Shown here: piece after piece, positions 47,993-55,838 of the stretch
Layout: every line of letters starts with the position of its first letter
How positions within the stretch are numbered: the first letter of the stretch is position 1
Source: Escherichia coli
GTDB lineage: Bacteria; Pseudomonadota; Gammaproteobacteria; Enterobacterales; Enterobacteriaceae
Assembly (NCBI GenBank): GCA_005400705.1
Contig: GCA_005400705.1_4079.1
Strand: one strand, 5' to 3'
Length of the DNA stretch: 64,000 nt
Notes under the pieces: model-generated
What the model was told of the DNA's origin: nothing
Seen by the model: the letters and a program-made list of their open reading frames with translations, nothing else
The model's database searches: none
Made by a program: the position numbers and the translations under genes

Positions 47993-48020
47993 TTGACATT
48001 ACCGCAGAAAAGCGTAGAAT
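47993..48020 (+). promoter_or_regulatory. sigma70-type promoter TTGACA-16-TAGAAT
   Basis: ttgaca 47993-47998, tagaat 48015-48020. Confidence 0.5.
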
Positions 48021-48143
48021 GTATTACATCAAGACGGGGAGCACTAAGTAGACCGCCAGTAAGTCGAACGAAAAACTGGACACGTCGAGAAAACTTTGAT
48101 ACACTAATAAACGTAAACTAAACTTTAATTGAGGATTTATAAA

Positions 48144-48626
48144 ATGGCTAATGTAAAATCATTCATCAAAGCACTGGTAGCAAATGAAACTAACGTCGCG
48201 GCAGAGATCCTGGCTGATCTGGATAACGATACCATGAAAGCGGTACGCAATAATTTTAACATCGCTTATAGTACTGCGAAAGAACTACAAGCAAATAAAG
48301 CGGCAGAAATTGAAGCGGCAAAGGCGGCCCGTGAAGCAGAACTACAAGCAACAATTGAAAGTATCCAGGCGGCAGTAGTTGGATTGGATCTGGAAGTAGT
48401 TACAGAGATGGCACAAAAAGCCCTGGCGGTTAAGTATGGGGAAGATAAGCCGGAATCTAAGCCTAAAAAATGGATTCAAAAACGTGTAGCGGTAGTACTG
48501 GACAACGGGGAAGAATATCTGATTCCGGTGCGTGGTAACTGCATTGCGGTAGTACTGGATGCGATTAACTCCAGTGGTATGACTCGCGAGGAATGGATCG
48601 AAGCTCATCGCAAAGTTGAAGCATAA
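48144..48626 (+). CDS. hypothetical protein
   Basis: 160 aa from ATG 48144 (RBS gagga); alternative start 48129. Confidence 0.55.
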   Translation: MANVKSFIKALVANETNVAAEILADLDNDTMKAVRNNFNIAYSTAKELQANKAAEIEAAKAAREAELQATIESIQAAVVGLDLEVVTEMAQKALAVKYGEDKPESKPKKWIQKRVAVVLDNGEEYLIPVRGNCIAVVLDAINSSGMTREEWIEAHRKVEA

Positions 48627-48647
48627 CAATTAAAGTACTGAATCACT

Positions 48648-48675
48648 AGCCCACCTTAAACGGTGGGCTTTTTTG
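48648..48675 (+). terminator. intrinsic terminator
   Basis: agcccacc-ttaaac-ggtgggct then T6. Confidence 0.7.
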
Positions 48676-48823
48676 TGTTTATCGTTTACCAGGCCACCAG
48701 CACCGCCTAGAAACGATTCTAACGCATTAAACTGATTATCTGATGCATTGCCCTAGCTGGTGGCGTTAAGGCTGTAAGAACGCGATTGAGAGCGTTTAAA
48801 GTATTTTGCAAAAAGTAATAAAA

Positions 48824-48888
48824 AGTACTTGCACGATTAAGAGATTAGCGTATAATGTTTTACATCGAGAGGGGGAAACGGTTCTCCT
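48824..48888 (+). promoter_or_regulatory. PeSL-like cassette
   Basis: aaagtacttgcacgattaagagattagcgtataat, hairpin ggggaa-acgg-ttctcc. Confidence 0.55.
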
Positions 48889-48911
48889 TCCAAATCAAAG
48901 GAATTAAAACA

Positions 48912-49139
48912 ATGGCTATCGTAATCACTCGCGTAACTGGTACTACTGGCAATTCTTCTACTGTTGCTGTAATTACTAATAAGAAAGGTGCGGAATTGCA
49001 TTTTGCAATGGATAAATGGGCCGTTAATGAGTTCGGTCAGTGGGCAAGTGTAGCATACATTGAAACCTATCAAGTGCCGTCGATTAGTTTAACTGATTTG
49101 GGCGTTGAGCGTATCCTTTGCCTGGATGAATTAAATTAA
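48912..49139 (+). CDS. hypothetical protein
   Basis: 75 aa from ATG 48912, RBS aaggaa. Confidence 0.55.
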   Translation: MAIVITRVTGTTGNSSTVAVITNKKGAELHFAMDKWAVNEFGQWASVAYIETYQVPSISLTDLGVERILCLDELN

Positions 49140-49140
49140 A

Positions 49141-49206
49141 AAAGTACTTGCAAAGTAAATCAGATAAAGTATAATACATTACATCAAGGGGAGAAATGGT
49201 TCTCCC
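49141..49206 (+). promoter_or_regulatory. PeSL-like cassette
   Basis: aaagtacttgcaaagtaaatcagataaagtataat, hairpin gggaga-aatggt-tctccc. Confidence 0.6.
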
Positions 49207-49225
49207 TGATAATGAGGAAACTAAT

Positions 49226-49369
49226 ATGAAAACTTGTCAATGTGGTAAAAAATCTATTACTGGTTTAAAGCGGGGCGTTGCACTTTGCCAGTACCATTAT
49301 AATTTACAAGTATGGGGTAAAGAATGGGCCGACCAGGTGGAAGCAGCAAAGAAAGCAAAAAGTAAGTAA
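49226..49369 (+). CDS. small Cys-containing protein
   Basis: 47 aa (below cutoff), RBS gagga; CQCG...C..H. Confidence 0.45.
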   Translation: MKTCQCGKKSITGLKRGVALCQYHYNLQVWGKEWADQVEAAKKAKSK

Positions 49370-49388
49370 AAATATTATCACAGTACTA

Positions 49389-49417
49389 TTGACATAGTTT
49401 GATAGTACTGGCATAAT
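49389..49417 (+). promoter_or_regulatory. promoter TTGACA-17-CATAAT (AGTACTGG class)
   Basis: ttgaca 49389-49394, gatagtactggcataat. Confidence 0.5.
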
Positions 49418-49450
49418 AGATTTTATCAAGACAACTAAGAGGAAATTAAA

Positions 49451-49795
49451 ATGGCTAATATCAACACTATCGCAAAACAAAATATCAACCTGTCTTCTGT
49501 TGAAGTTGTACATATTGCCGCTCGGCGTTGGTTCCAGGCTTCATATGGTAACACTTATTTCTCTTTAAGTGTAGACGTAGAAATTGATGGTAATTTTATT
49601 GAAGTAGTAAACGTGCCGTTCCAATATGGATACGGGGATCACTTTGACACTGTAGCAATGGAAGAATTTAGCAAGGTTATTAATATGGAAGATAAGGAGT
49701 TTACACGCGGATCGTACCTTTCACGTTTTTGCCGTGATAATAATATCACTGTTTACAGTTCGGTAACTGATGTTAAACGCAAAAAAGATCTTTAA
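49451..49795 (+). CDS. hypothetical protein (paralog of 55420 product)
   Basis: 114 aa; shared features incl. C-terminal DVKRKKD. Confidence 0.55.
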   Translation: MANINTIAKQNINLSSVEVVHIAARRWFQASYGNTYFSLSVDVEIDGNFIEVVNVPFQYGYGDHFDTVAMEEFSKVINMEDKEFTRGSYLSRFCRDNNITVYSSVTDVKRKKDL

Positions 49796-49875
49796 TTCGC
49801 TTTACTTTATGCAGATACTTTGATATAGTGTCTGCATAGGGGAAAGAAATTAAATTAACTTAAGAGGAACGTATA

Positions 49876-50145
49876 ATGAAAAATATCAGTACTTTAATCG
49901 ATGCAGGTACACATGTTCGGCGGTCAATGGTTGCAACCAGTACTACAAAACAAGTAGCGAGCGGTTATCTTGTATTTGTGCACGATGGTAAACTCCTGGA
50001 ACGTTCAATCAATTTTGATGTTAAAAACAATTGCCGTTTTATTATCTTTCGCCGTGAACAATATAAGATCGACATTCCAGCGAAGCCCATTAGCGGTGCG
50101 TACAACGTGCAATCATTGTTTGAGCGTCAACCATACACCTATTAA
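49876..50145 (+). CDS. hypothetical protein
   Basis: 89 aa, RBS agagga. Confidence 0.5.
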   Translation: MKNISTLIDAGTHVRRSMVATSTTKQVASGYLVFVHDGKLLERSINFDVKNNCRFIIFRREQYKIDIPAKPISGAYNVQSLFERQPYTY

Positions 50146-50196
50146 TCAAAACATCGTTAGCGGTTGATTTAGGCCGCTTATATTGAGGATTATACC

Positions 50197-50469
50197 ATGA
50201 ACGTTAATCAAGTACTGAATGAGATCGAAAGCATCATTAAACCGATGAAGCGTACTGATGCTATGTTAACACCGGAAGAATGCCGCCTATATGAGCGTTA
50301 TAGCGTCGAACAAGTCCAGGCAATGGCTATGGCTACCACAGCCGTTAAACCGCCTGAGAATGCGTTACAGGACGTTACAGGGGATTATATCATCAATCCA
50401 GTACTAGGGAAGATGGCTGCAATCACCGAAGATCAACAAGACTACTTAAGCCAGTACTTAAAAGGTTAA
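50197..50469 (+). CDS. hypothetical protein
   Basis: 90 aa, RBS gagga. Confidence 0.5.
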   Translation: MNVNQVLNEIESIIKPMKRTDAMLTPEECRLYERYSVEQVQAMAMATTAVKPPENALQDVTGDYIINPVLGKMAAITEDQQDYLSQYLKG

Positions 50470-50474
50470 TTAAT

Positions 50475-50684
50475 ATGCTTACTGTACAGGATAAGATCGA
50501 CATCTTAAAGGTTAATATGTATGTGATTGATGCCGTACCTGGTAAAGTATTTGCATACGATGATAGTACTGTAAGCGATTTCTACTATAGCCAGGACGTG
50601 GGGGATCTTTCTGTACAGTCGGTTATTGAAAACGTAGTTAATGCAGCGTATGAGCATTTACTTTCAAATAGTACTTGCAATTAG
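50475..50684 (+). CDS. hypothetical protein
   Basis: 69 aa. Confidence 0.45.
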   Translation: MLTVQDKIDILKVNMYVIDAVPGKVFAYDDSTVSDFYYSQDVGDLSVQSVIENVVNAAYEHLLSNSTCN

Positions 50685-50734
50685 TTTTTAAACGCGTATA
50701 ATGTTTTACATGAAGGGGAGAAATGATTCTCCCC
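50670..50734 (+). promoter_or_regulatory. PeSL-like cassette
   Basis: agtacttgcaattagtttttaaacgcgtataat, hairpin ggggagaa-atga-ttctcccc. Confidence 0.6.
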
Positions 50735-50753
50735 ACTAATTAAGGAATATGAA

Positions 50754-50900
50754 ATGAAAGCATCAAAAAAGAGTAATACCAAGAAAGCATGTTCACCTTT
50801 CGCTGGGGTATTCCCTTTACGTTTCGTTGATGAAGTGGTTTCCTACCCGCCGGGCCTTACTCCTGAGATGGTAGAAAGTTTGCGTAAATCTAAAAAATAG
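50754..50900 (+). CDS. small basic protein
   Basis: 48 aa (below cutoff), RBS aagga. Confidence 0.4.
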   Translation: MKASKKSNTKKACSPFAGVFPLRFVDEVVSYPPGLTPEMVESLRKSKK

Positions 50901-50963
50901 TACTTGCAATTAGTTTTCAGTACTGTATAATGTTTTACATGAAGGGGAGAAATGATTCTCCCC
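50899..50963 (+). promoter_or_regulatory. PeSL-like cassette
   Basis: agtacttgcaattagttttcagtactgtataat, hairpin ggggagaa-atga-ttctcccc. Confidence 0.6.
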
Positions 50964-50981
50964 AATAACAGGAGAAACAAA

Positions 50982-51134
50982 ATGAAACAATACAACGCTC
51001 GGTTTGATGTTACTATCGGTAACGGCAAAGGTCAATTCTCTTTCAGTACTCGCAAAAGTTATACAGAAAACTTCCTGCGTAATTGTGCACTGACCGCCGC
51101 TCAAATTAAACATTACTTTCAGGCTAAAAAATGA
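50982..51134 (+). CDS. small protein
   Basis: 50 aa from ATG 50982, RBS aggaga. Confidence 0.45.
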   Translation: MKQYNARFDVTIGNGKGQFSFSTRKSYTENFLRNCALTAAQIKHYFQAKK

Positions 51135-51220
51135 AATCATTAGCTTACTATAGTTCGGCCCTGGTCGGTACATTGATCGCGGCATTGTTAGTAACCTATC
51201 TATTCTTTATGGTGATTTAA
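51131..51220 (+). CDS. small hydrophobic peptide
   Basis: 29 aa, ATGA overlap, single TM helix. Confidence 0.25.
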   Translation: MKSLAYYSSALVGTLIAALLVTYLFFMVI

Positions 51221-51364
51221 ATGAATCCAACAGGTTTAAATTATAAAAGTTGTTCGGCGTTTACGAAAGCAAATAAAGCGAATGCACGTAAAGCGAAAGT
51301 ACAGGAATACATCAAGCAAGGCATGACGCGAAAGGCGGCGATTCTAAAAGCTAAAAATAAATGA
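51221..51364 (+). CDS. small basic protein
   Basis: 47 aa, start abuts upstream stop. Confidence 0.35.
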   Translation: MNPTGLNYKSCSAFTKANKANARKAKVQEYIKQGMTRKAAILKAKNK

Positions 51365-51371
51365 AAAAAGT

Positions 51372-51402
51372 GGTTGACTCCGGTCAGCCATTTTGCTATT
51401 AT
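51372..51402 (+). terminator. fused terminator-promoter (GGTTGAC-TCCG-GTCAGCC)
   Basis: Hairpin 51372-51389, TTTT, tattat 51397-51402. Confidence 0.6.
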
Positions 51403-51488
51403 ATATTCATTGAGAGATAGCTCACTAGCCCACAGGGTGCATAAGTGTATCTATTATATAAGTATTGAGTACTGAAAACTATTTTTAA

Positions 51489-51554
51489 AAAGTACTTGCA
51501 AACTATCTCAATTGGCGTATAATGTTTTACATCGCAAGGGGAAACGGTTTCCCC
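51489..51554 (+). promoter_or_regulatory. PeSL-like cassette
   Basis: aaagtacttgcaaactatctcaattggcgtataat, palindromic stem ggggaaac-g-gtttcccc. Confidence 0.6.
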
Positions 51555-51574
51555 TGGTAATAAGGAAACGAATC

Positions 51575-51916
51575 ATGACTATCTCAATTGCTCAATCTAA
51601 CTTTGAAAACGAAATCATCGCCCAGGCACTGCGTTTAAATGATGGTCGGGCCGAAATTAATTACGGTTTCAATTCAGGCGGTTGCGAAAAATATCAGTAC
51701 TTTGTAACGGCTGATGGCGGTGTCCTGGGGATCAATACAGTTATTGTAAACATTCAGAAAATTAATTTCAATGATCCAGAAGATAGCCAGTTTTACATCA
51801 CGGGCGTGAACGTGAACTATGAGGATGATTATCTAACTGATGATCACACTGGCGAGAAGTTAGAAAGTGCATACGGTGAAGATGATTATCAGTCCGGTCC
51901 AGAAGATTTTGAATAA
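51575..51916 (+). CDS. hypothetical acidic protein
   Basis: 113 aa from ATG 51575, RBS aagga. Confidence 0.55.
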   Translation: MTISIAQSNFENEIIAQALRLNDGRAEINYGFNSGGCEKYQYFVTADGGVLGINTVIVNIQKINFNDPEDSQFYITGVNVNYEDDYLTDDHTGEKLESAYGEDDYQSGPEDFE

Positions 51917-51930
51917 TATTAAAAAATAGT

Positions 51931-51990
51931 TTGACAATAGATTATAGTACTGTATAATAAGTTACATCAAGGGGAGAAATGATTCTCCCC
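51931..51990 (+). promoter_or_regulatory. PeSL-like cassette (TTGACA-16-TATAAT)
   Basis: ttgaca 51931-51936, tataat 51953-51958, hairpin ggggagaaatgattctcccc 51971-51990. Confidence 0.6.
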
Positions 51991-52010
51991 ACTAACAAAG
52001 AGAAAACAAA

Positions 52011-52223
52011 ATGGCTAATATCTGCACTGTACTGAAAAATGCAAAACAAGTTTTATTTTCTGATCATGAAAATTTCAACAAGGATATTACGGGCGTTCGG
52101 AATATCAAAGATGTAAAAAGTGTTATGGGTATCTATTGCAATATGAAACGTGTTGGTACGTTCGGCGACAAAGTACTATACCAGGCAGGGGATTATAACT
52201 TTACATTAACCATTATCAATTAA
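52011..52223 (+). CDS. hypothetical protein
   Basis: 70 aa. Confidence 0.55.
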   Translation: MANICTVLKNAKQVLFSDHENFNKDITGVRNIKDVKSVMGIYCNMKRVGTFGDKVLYQAGDYNFTLTIIN

Positions 52224-52241
52224 AATATATTACCAGTACTA

Positions 52242-52270
52242 TTAACAATGATTGATAGTACTGGCATAAT
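52242..52270 (+). promoter_or_regulatory. promoter TTAACA-17-CATAAT (AGTACTGG class)
   Basis: gatagtactggcataat. Confidence 0.45.
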
Positions 52271-52314
52271 AACTTTTATCAACAGTAGTTAACTTAACAA
52301 AAGAGAGAAACAAA

Positions 52315-52458
52315 ATGATCGCACTAGATTCATTCATCGACGCAGTACTGGCAAAAACTGGCGAGGATCTGACCGCAGAACAATACGCGATGATCGAACA
52401 ATGTCAGCAAAACGGTAAATCGGTGAAAGATACTGTTAAGATTATCCGCAAGATGTAA
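52315..52458 (+). CDS. small protein
   Basis: 47 aa (below cutoff), RBS agagag. Confidence 0.4.
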   Translation: MIALDSFIDAVLAKTGEDLTAEQYAMIEQCQQNGKSVKDTVKIIRKM

Positions 52459-52563
52459 GATTATAGCCCACTGGTTAACGCTGGTGGGCTATAATTCATT
52501 ACCCTATACAATGCCAGTACTCAACCGTTTATCTCGTTAGAATGCGTTACAGGACGTTTACCA

Positions 52564-52761
52564 ATGATTAGCATGAAATCAGTACAAAAACAAATAGAAA
52601 CATTATCAAAAATTAAACGTAAACAGTACTCGTTAGAATATACAATCAATGGTAACTATCATCTAATGAAAGAGAATAATTTTATCGTCATTGATGAATC
52701 ATTGCAAGTTATTAGTATAGTACTGAAAGCATTAATCAATGACAGAAAAAAATTAAAATAA
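52564..52761 (+). CDS. hypothetical protein
   Basis: 65 aa. Confidence 0.45.
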   Translation: MISMKSVQKQIETLSKIKRKQYSLEYTINGNYHLMKENNFIVIDESLQVISIVLKALINDRKKLK

Positions 52762-52765
52762 TCTA

Positions 52766-52794
52766 TTGACAATATCCTCCAGTACTGGCATAAT
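52766..52794 (+). promoter_or_regulatory. promoter TTGACA-17-CATAAT (AGTACTGG class)
   Basis: ttgaca 52766-52771, agtactggcataat. Confidence 0.5.
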
Positions 52795-52856
52795 ACTTAC
52801 ATCAAGACGAGAACGTCACCAACCCATAGGGTGCACAAATGTAACTATATAATATC

Positions 52857-52929
52857 GATCAATAAATGATCAAAAAAGTACTGGATCAATTTAGCATAAG
52901 GCGTATAATTCTGATCAATTCTTGATCAA
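52857..52929. repeat. cluster of five (T)GATCAA repeats (GATC sites)
   Basis: gatcaa at 52857, 52868, 52884, 52913, 52924, flanking a tataat at 52903-52908. Confidence 0.5.
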
Positions 52930-53090
52930 AGGCAATATACGCAGTTGAATTTATATAGACAGTACAAAGGCGTTACTATCCGTGGTAATGCTGGTGGATA
53001 TGTAGTATCATATGGTTTGAATAAGATAAACACTAGTAGTATTATTGTAGCATTACAGTACTATAGTATTTTTATAATGAGGTTAAAATA

Positions 53091-53348
53091 ATGGCAGTAG
53101 GATACGCGAAAGACGGGGCCGAACAAGACGAGATTCATGCAGTGATTCAGGCCGCCGTTAACCACGCTAGAAAGCAAATTAACGCACAAAGAGAATCACT
53201 GGTACATTGCCTCGACTGCGGCGATAAAATTCCTGAGAATCGACGCCAGGCCGTTATAGGGTGCATGTATTGTATTACTTGCCAGGAGGATCATGATAGT
53301 ACTTTTAAAAGAGATCCGCGTAATTGTTGGCATAGATCTATGAGATAA
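53091..53348 (+). CDS. TraR/DksA-family C4 zinc-finger protein
   Basis: 85 aa; CLDCGDKIPENRRQAVIGCMYCITCQ gives CxxC-x17-CxxC as in TraR/DksA. Confidence 0.65.
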   Translation: MAVGYAKDGAEQDEIHAVIQAAVNHARKQINAQRESLVHCLDCGDKIPENRRQAVIGCMYCITCQEDHDSTFKRDPRNCWHRSMR

Positions 53349-53354
53349 AAAGTA

Positions 53355-53383
53355 ATTGACAGTACTGAAAGATAGTGTATAAT
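53355..53383 (+). promoter_or_regulatory. sigma70-type promoter TTGACA-17-TATAAT
   Basis: ttgaca 53355-53360, tataat 53378-53383. Confidence 0.55.
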
Positions 53384-53412
53384 GTTTTATATCTTAACTG
53401 AGGATAGAAATC

Positions 53413-53769
53413 ATGGGAATACAACATATCACGCGTACTACTGACAATGGCGAGATCACTGGTTATCAAGTACAGGGCAAAGTAGCACAATTGCAGTACT
53501 GGTTTGTTAAACGTGGAATCATTGCACCGGATCTTGATTATGACCGTGTAGCGTTTATTGATTCTCTTTATGTTGATCCTGATAGTCGGGGCAATGGTGA
53601 AGGTAACGAATTAATGAATGCCTTTATCGATGCCGCCGATGATTCAGATTGTATCATCTTAGAATGCGATACGGGAGAAGATAACGCCTTTAATCTTAAA
53701 GAATGGTACGAAGGTTTCGGATTCGAGGTATTGATAGATAGTGAATATCCTATCATGATTTTATCATAG
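53413..53769 (+). CDS. hypothetical protein, possibly GNAT-like acetyltransferase
   Basis: 118 aa; IDSLYVDPDSRGNGEGNELMNAFIDAA loosely resembles GNAT motif A. Confidence 0.5.
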   Translation: MGIQHITRTTDNGEITGYQVQGKVAQLQYWFVKRGIIAPDLDYDRVAFIDSLYVDPDSRGNGEGNELMNAFIDAADDSDCIILECDTGEDNAFNLKEWYEGFGFEVLIDSEYPIMILS

Positions 53770-53830
53770 TACTTGCATTTAGTTTTCAGTACTGTTATAG
53801 TACTTGCATCAAGGGGAAACATCTTCCCCT
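53768..53830 (+). promoter_or_regulatory. PeSL-like cassette (degenerate -10)
   Basis: agtacttgcatttagttttcagtactgttatag, hairpin aggggaa-acatc-ttcccct. Confidence 0.45.
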
Positions 53831-53847
53831 ACTAAGAGGAAATAAAA

Positions 53848-54036
53848 ATGGAAAACTTATCAAGTATTTTAGTACAAGATGATTTCGGTAATCCTGGAAG
53901 TGCTATCATTGTTCGGGGTAATAAAGCAACGTTTGTTATTGCTGGTGGACCCGTACAGCGTAGCATTAAAAATAATGCTGTTACCATTAATAATGTACGC
54001 TATCGCTTAGATAAAGAATTGATTCATAAACTGTAA
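53848..54036 (+). CDS. hypothetical protein
   Basis: 62 aa, RBS agagga. Confidence 0.5.
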   Translation: MENLSSILVQDDFGNPGSAIIVRGNKATFVIAGGPVQRSIKNNAVTINNVRYRLDKELIHKL

Positions 54037-54044
54037 AAAAGTAC

Positions 54045-54104
54045 TGGACAATAGATTATAGTACTGTATAATAAGTTACATGAAGGGGAGAAATGATTCT
54101 CCCC
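54045..54104 (+). promoter_or_regulatory. PeSL-like cassette
   Basis: tggaca-16-tataat (54067-54072), hairpin ggggagaaatgattctcccc. Confidence 0.55.
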
Positions 54105-54122
54105 AGTACTGAGGAAAGAAAA

Positions 54123-54335
54123 ATGCAAGGTCAACTAATCGTTCGTAAATGGTCTGATACTAACGCTAAACCGTGGGATGTACAATACATCGGCCCCAAT
54201 GGTGAATCCAGATATCAACCAGGTGTAACGCATAGTACTGAGCAATTCGCCGCCGCTCATCGTGAACGTCTGTTACAATCAATGCAGCAAGGTTCCGGTG
54301 AAAAATTCATTCAGGATCATTGGCTGAAAGATTAA
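54123..54335 (+). CDS. hypothetical protein
   Basis: 70 aa from ATG 54123, RBS gagga. Confidence 0.55.
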   Translation: MQGQLIVRKWSDTNAKPWDVQYIGPNGESRYQPGVTHSTEQFAAAHRERLLQSMQQGSGEKFIQDHWLKD

Positions 54336-54336
54336 A

Positions 54337-54400
54337 AAGTACTTGCACAGTACTGAATAAAGTGTATAATGTTTTATATCGAGAGGGGAATAGTTCCCCT
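54337..54400 (+). promoter_or_regulatory. PeSL-like cassette
   Basis: aaagtacttgcacagtactgaataaagtgtataat, hairpin gaggggaa-tag-ttcccctc. Confidence 0.6.
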
Positions 54401-54421
54401 CCTAACAAAAAGGAAAGTATA

Positions 54422-54595
54422 ATGATCCAAGTAGAATTATCAGTACTGAAAGATCTATTTTATCGGTTAGGTACTAATGGCGAGTATCCTAAAAGTGATA
54501 CCGCAAAACTTTTTGTATCACTCGACTTATGGCAACGCGAACAATTAGTAATGTCGTGGCGTAAAGGTAAAGCAGATCGCGAGGTGAAAGCATGA
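54422..54595 (+). CDS. small protein
   Basis: 57 aa from ATG 54422, RBS aaggaaag. Confidence 0.45.
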   Translation: MIQVELSVLKDLFYRLGTNGEYPKSDTAKLFVSLDLWQREQLVMSWRKGKADREVKA

Positions 54596-54741
54596 AAGAA
54601 TTCTTATTTGAAGTAGTGTTTCAAGGTGTCGGTAATAACCAACTGATTCGATCAAGTGGTTATAATGTTAACCAGGCATGGAATAACATTAAACAAATGT
54701 ACCCTAACGCTATCACCTATCGCAACCCGAAAGAAGTTTAA
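54592..54741 (+). CDS. small protein
   Basis: 49 aa, ATGA overlap. Confidence 0.35.
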   Translation: MKEFLFEVVFQGVGNNQLIRSSGYNVNQAWNNIKQMYPNAITYRNPKEV

Positions 54742-54755
54742 AAATAATTGAAAAA

Positions 54756-54789
54756 GGGATTGACTCCGGTCAGTCCCTTTGCTATTATA
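54756..54789 (+). terminator. fused terminator-promoter (GGGATTGAC-TCCG-GTCAGTCCC)
   Basis: Hairpin 54756-54777, TTT, tattat 54784-54789. Confidence 0.6.
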
Positions 54790-54873
54790 TACGCATAGAA
54801 ACAAATCAGCCCACCGGGTGCATAAATGTATCTATTGTTTGCTGGTGGCTAGTACTGAAAACTATTTTTAAAA

Positions 54874-54906
54874 AGTACTTGCATTGTACTTAGAATCAAG
54901 TATAAT
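54874..54906 (+). promoter_or_regulatory. PeSL-type promoter driving the structured element
   Basis: aaagtacttgcattgtacttagaatcaagtataat. Confidence 0.55.
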
Positions 54907-54990
54907 GTTTTACATCAGGACGGGGAACGAAATAAGTAACTTCCCGTTAAGTAGCCCAGGAGTAAGGCACACGAAAAACTCCCCTGATAA
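54907..54990 (+). ncRNA. candidate structured small RNA, copy B
   Basis: Sequence identical to 45066-45150. Confidence 0.35.
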
Positions 54991-54996
54991 AATAGT

Positions 54997-55024
54997 TTGA
55001 CAATAGAAAGTAAACGAGTATAAT
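54997..55024 (+). promoter_or_regulatory. sigma70-type promoter TTGACA-16-TATAAT
   Basis: ttgaca 54997-55002, tataat 55019-55024. Confidence 0.55.
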
Positions 55025-55057
55025 ACTTACATCAACCACTGATAAGGAAACATTAAA

Positions 55058-55333
55058 ATGCGGATTCTACTGACAGCTAACGAAATCGAACAAGTACTGA
55101 CTACTAACCTGGAACAATGGAAACGTGATGCAGATATCCAGGCGGTTCAATGGCTTAACGATAAGTTAACGCCGGATGACTTAAGCAAGATTGTAGATCC
55201 TCAATTCTACGAAGATATCCACGACACCGCGTTAAGCGTCGAGGATGTACTTGATAAGCACTACATTGATACTGATTTACAGGTTTACGGTCGTAAAAAC
55301 TTTATCACTATCCACGACATTTACAATAATTAA
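55058..55333 (+). CDS. hypothetical acidic protein
   Basis: 91 aa, RBS aaggaaa. Confidence 0.55.
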   Translation: MRILLTANEIEQVLTTNLEQWKRDADIQAVQWLNDKLTPDDLSKIVDPQFYEDIHDTALSVEDVLDKHYIDTDLQVYGRKNFITIHDIYNN

Positions 55334-55336
55334 GTA

Positions 55337-55398
55337 TTGACAAAGTATCTTAGTACTGTATAATAGTTTACATCAAGTGAGGGGAAACGGTTCCCCTC
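55337..55398 (+). promoter_or_regulatory. PeSL-like cassette
   Basis: ttgaca-16-tataat (55359-55364), hairpin gaggggaaacggttcccctc. Confidence 0.6.
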
Positions 55399-55419
55399 CT
55401 AACAAAGAGAGAAATAAAA

Positions 55420-55743
55420 ATGGCTATGATCCTTACCCAGAAAGTAGAACTGAAAATTGTAACCTCCTTTGACATTAAAGTTAATCGCTGGACTGATCGG
55501 AACGGCAATACTTACCACTCTTGCTACGTGTCTGCATTGATTGGTGATCGTTGGGAAGACCTGGGACACGAAACTTTTACATACGGTTACGGTACGCAAG
55601 GCGAATACACGGGCTTGGAGATCATTAAAGAAACCGTTATAGGTTTCAACCCGAAAGAAAAAGTTATTCACCGCATCGAAAAAGAGATTAACAAAGAAAT
55701 AACAGTTCGCTACTACGATGTAAAACGTAAGAAAGACATGTAA
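55420..55743 (+). CDS. hypothetical protein (paralog of 49451 product)
   Basis: 107 aa, RBS agagag. Confidence 0.55.
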   Translation: MAMILTQKVELKIVTSFDIKVNRWTDRNGNTYHSCYVSALIGDRWEDLGHETFTYGYGTQGEYTGLEIIKETVIGFNPKEKVIHRIEKEINKEITVRYYDVKRKKDM

Positions 55744-55758
55744 TAGAATCCATTTAAA

Positions 55759-55794
55759 GTACTATTTGACATTACACAGATAGTACTTTATAAT
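55759..55794 (+). promoter_or_regulatory. promoter with palindrome AGTACTAT...ATAGTACT
   Basis: ttgaca 55766-55771 inside the palindrome, tataat 55789-55794. Confidence 0.5.
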
Positions 55795-55838
55795 AGACTC
55801 TAGCTTGTAGTACTAACTTAACTAATAGGATGTATACC

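Noticed and set aside
52463-52490. Terminator agcccac-tggttaacgc-gtgggct
   Set aside because: The hairpin is present but no T-run follows. It may be a structural element or Chi-containing site rather than a terminator.
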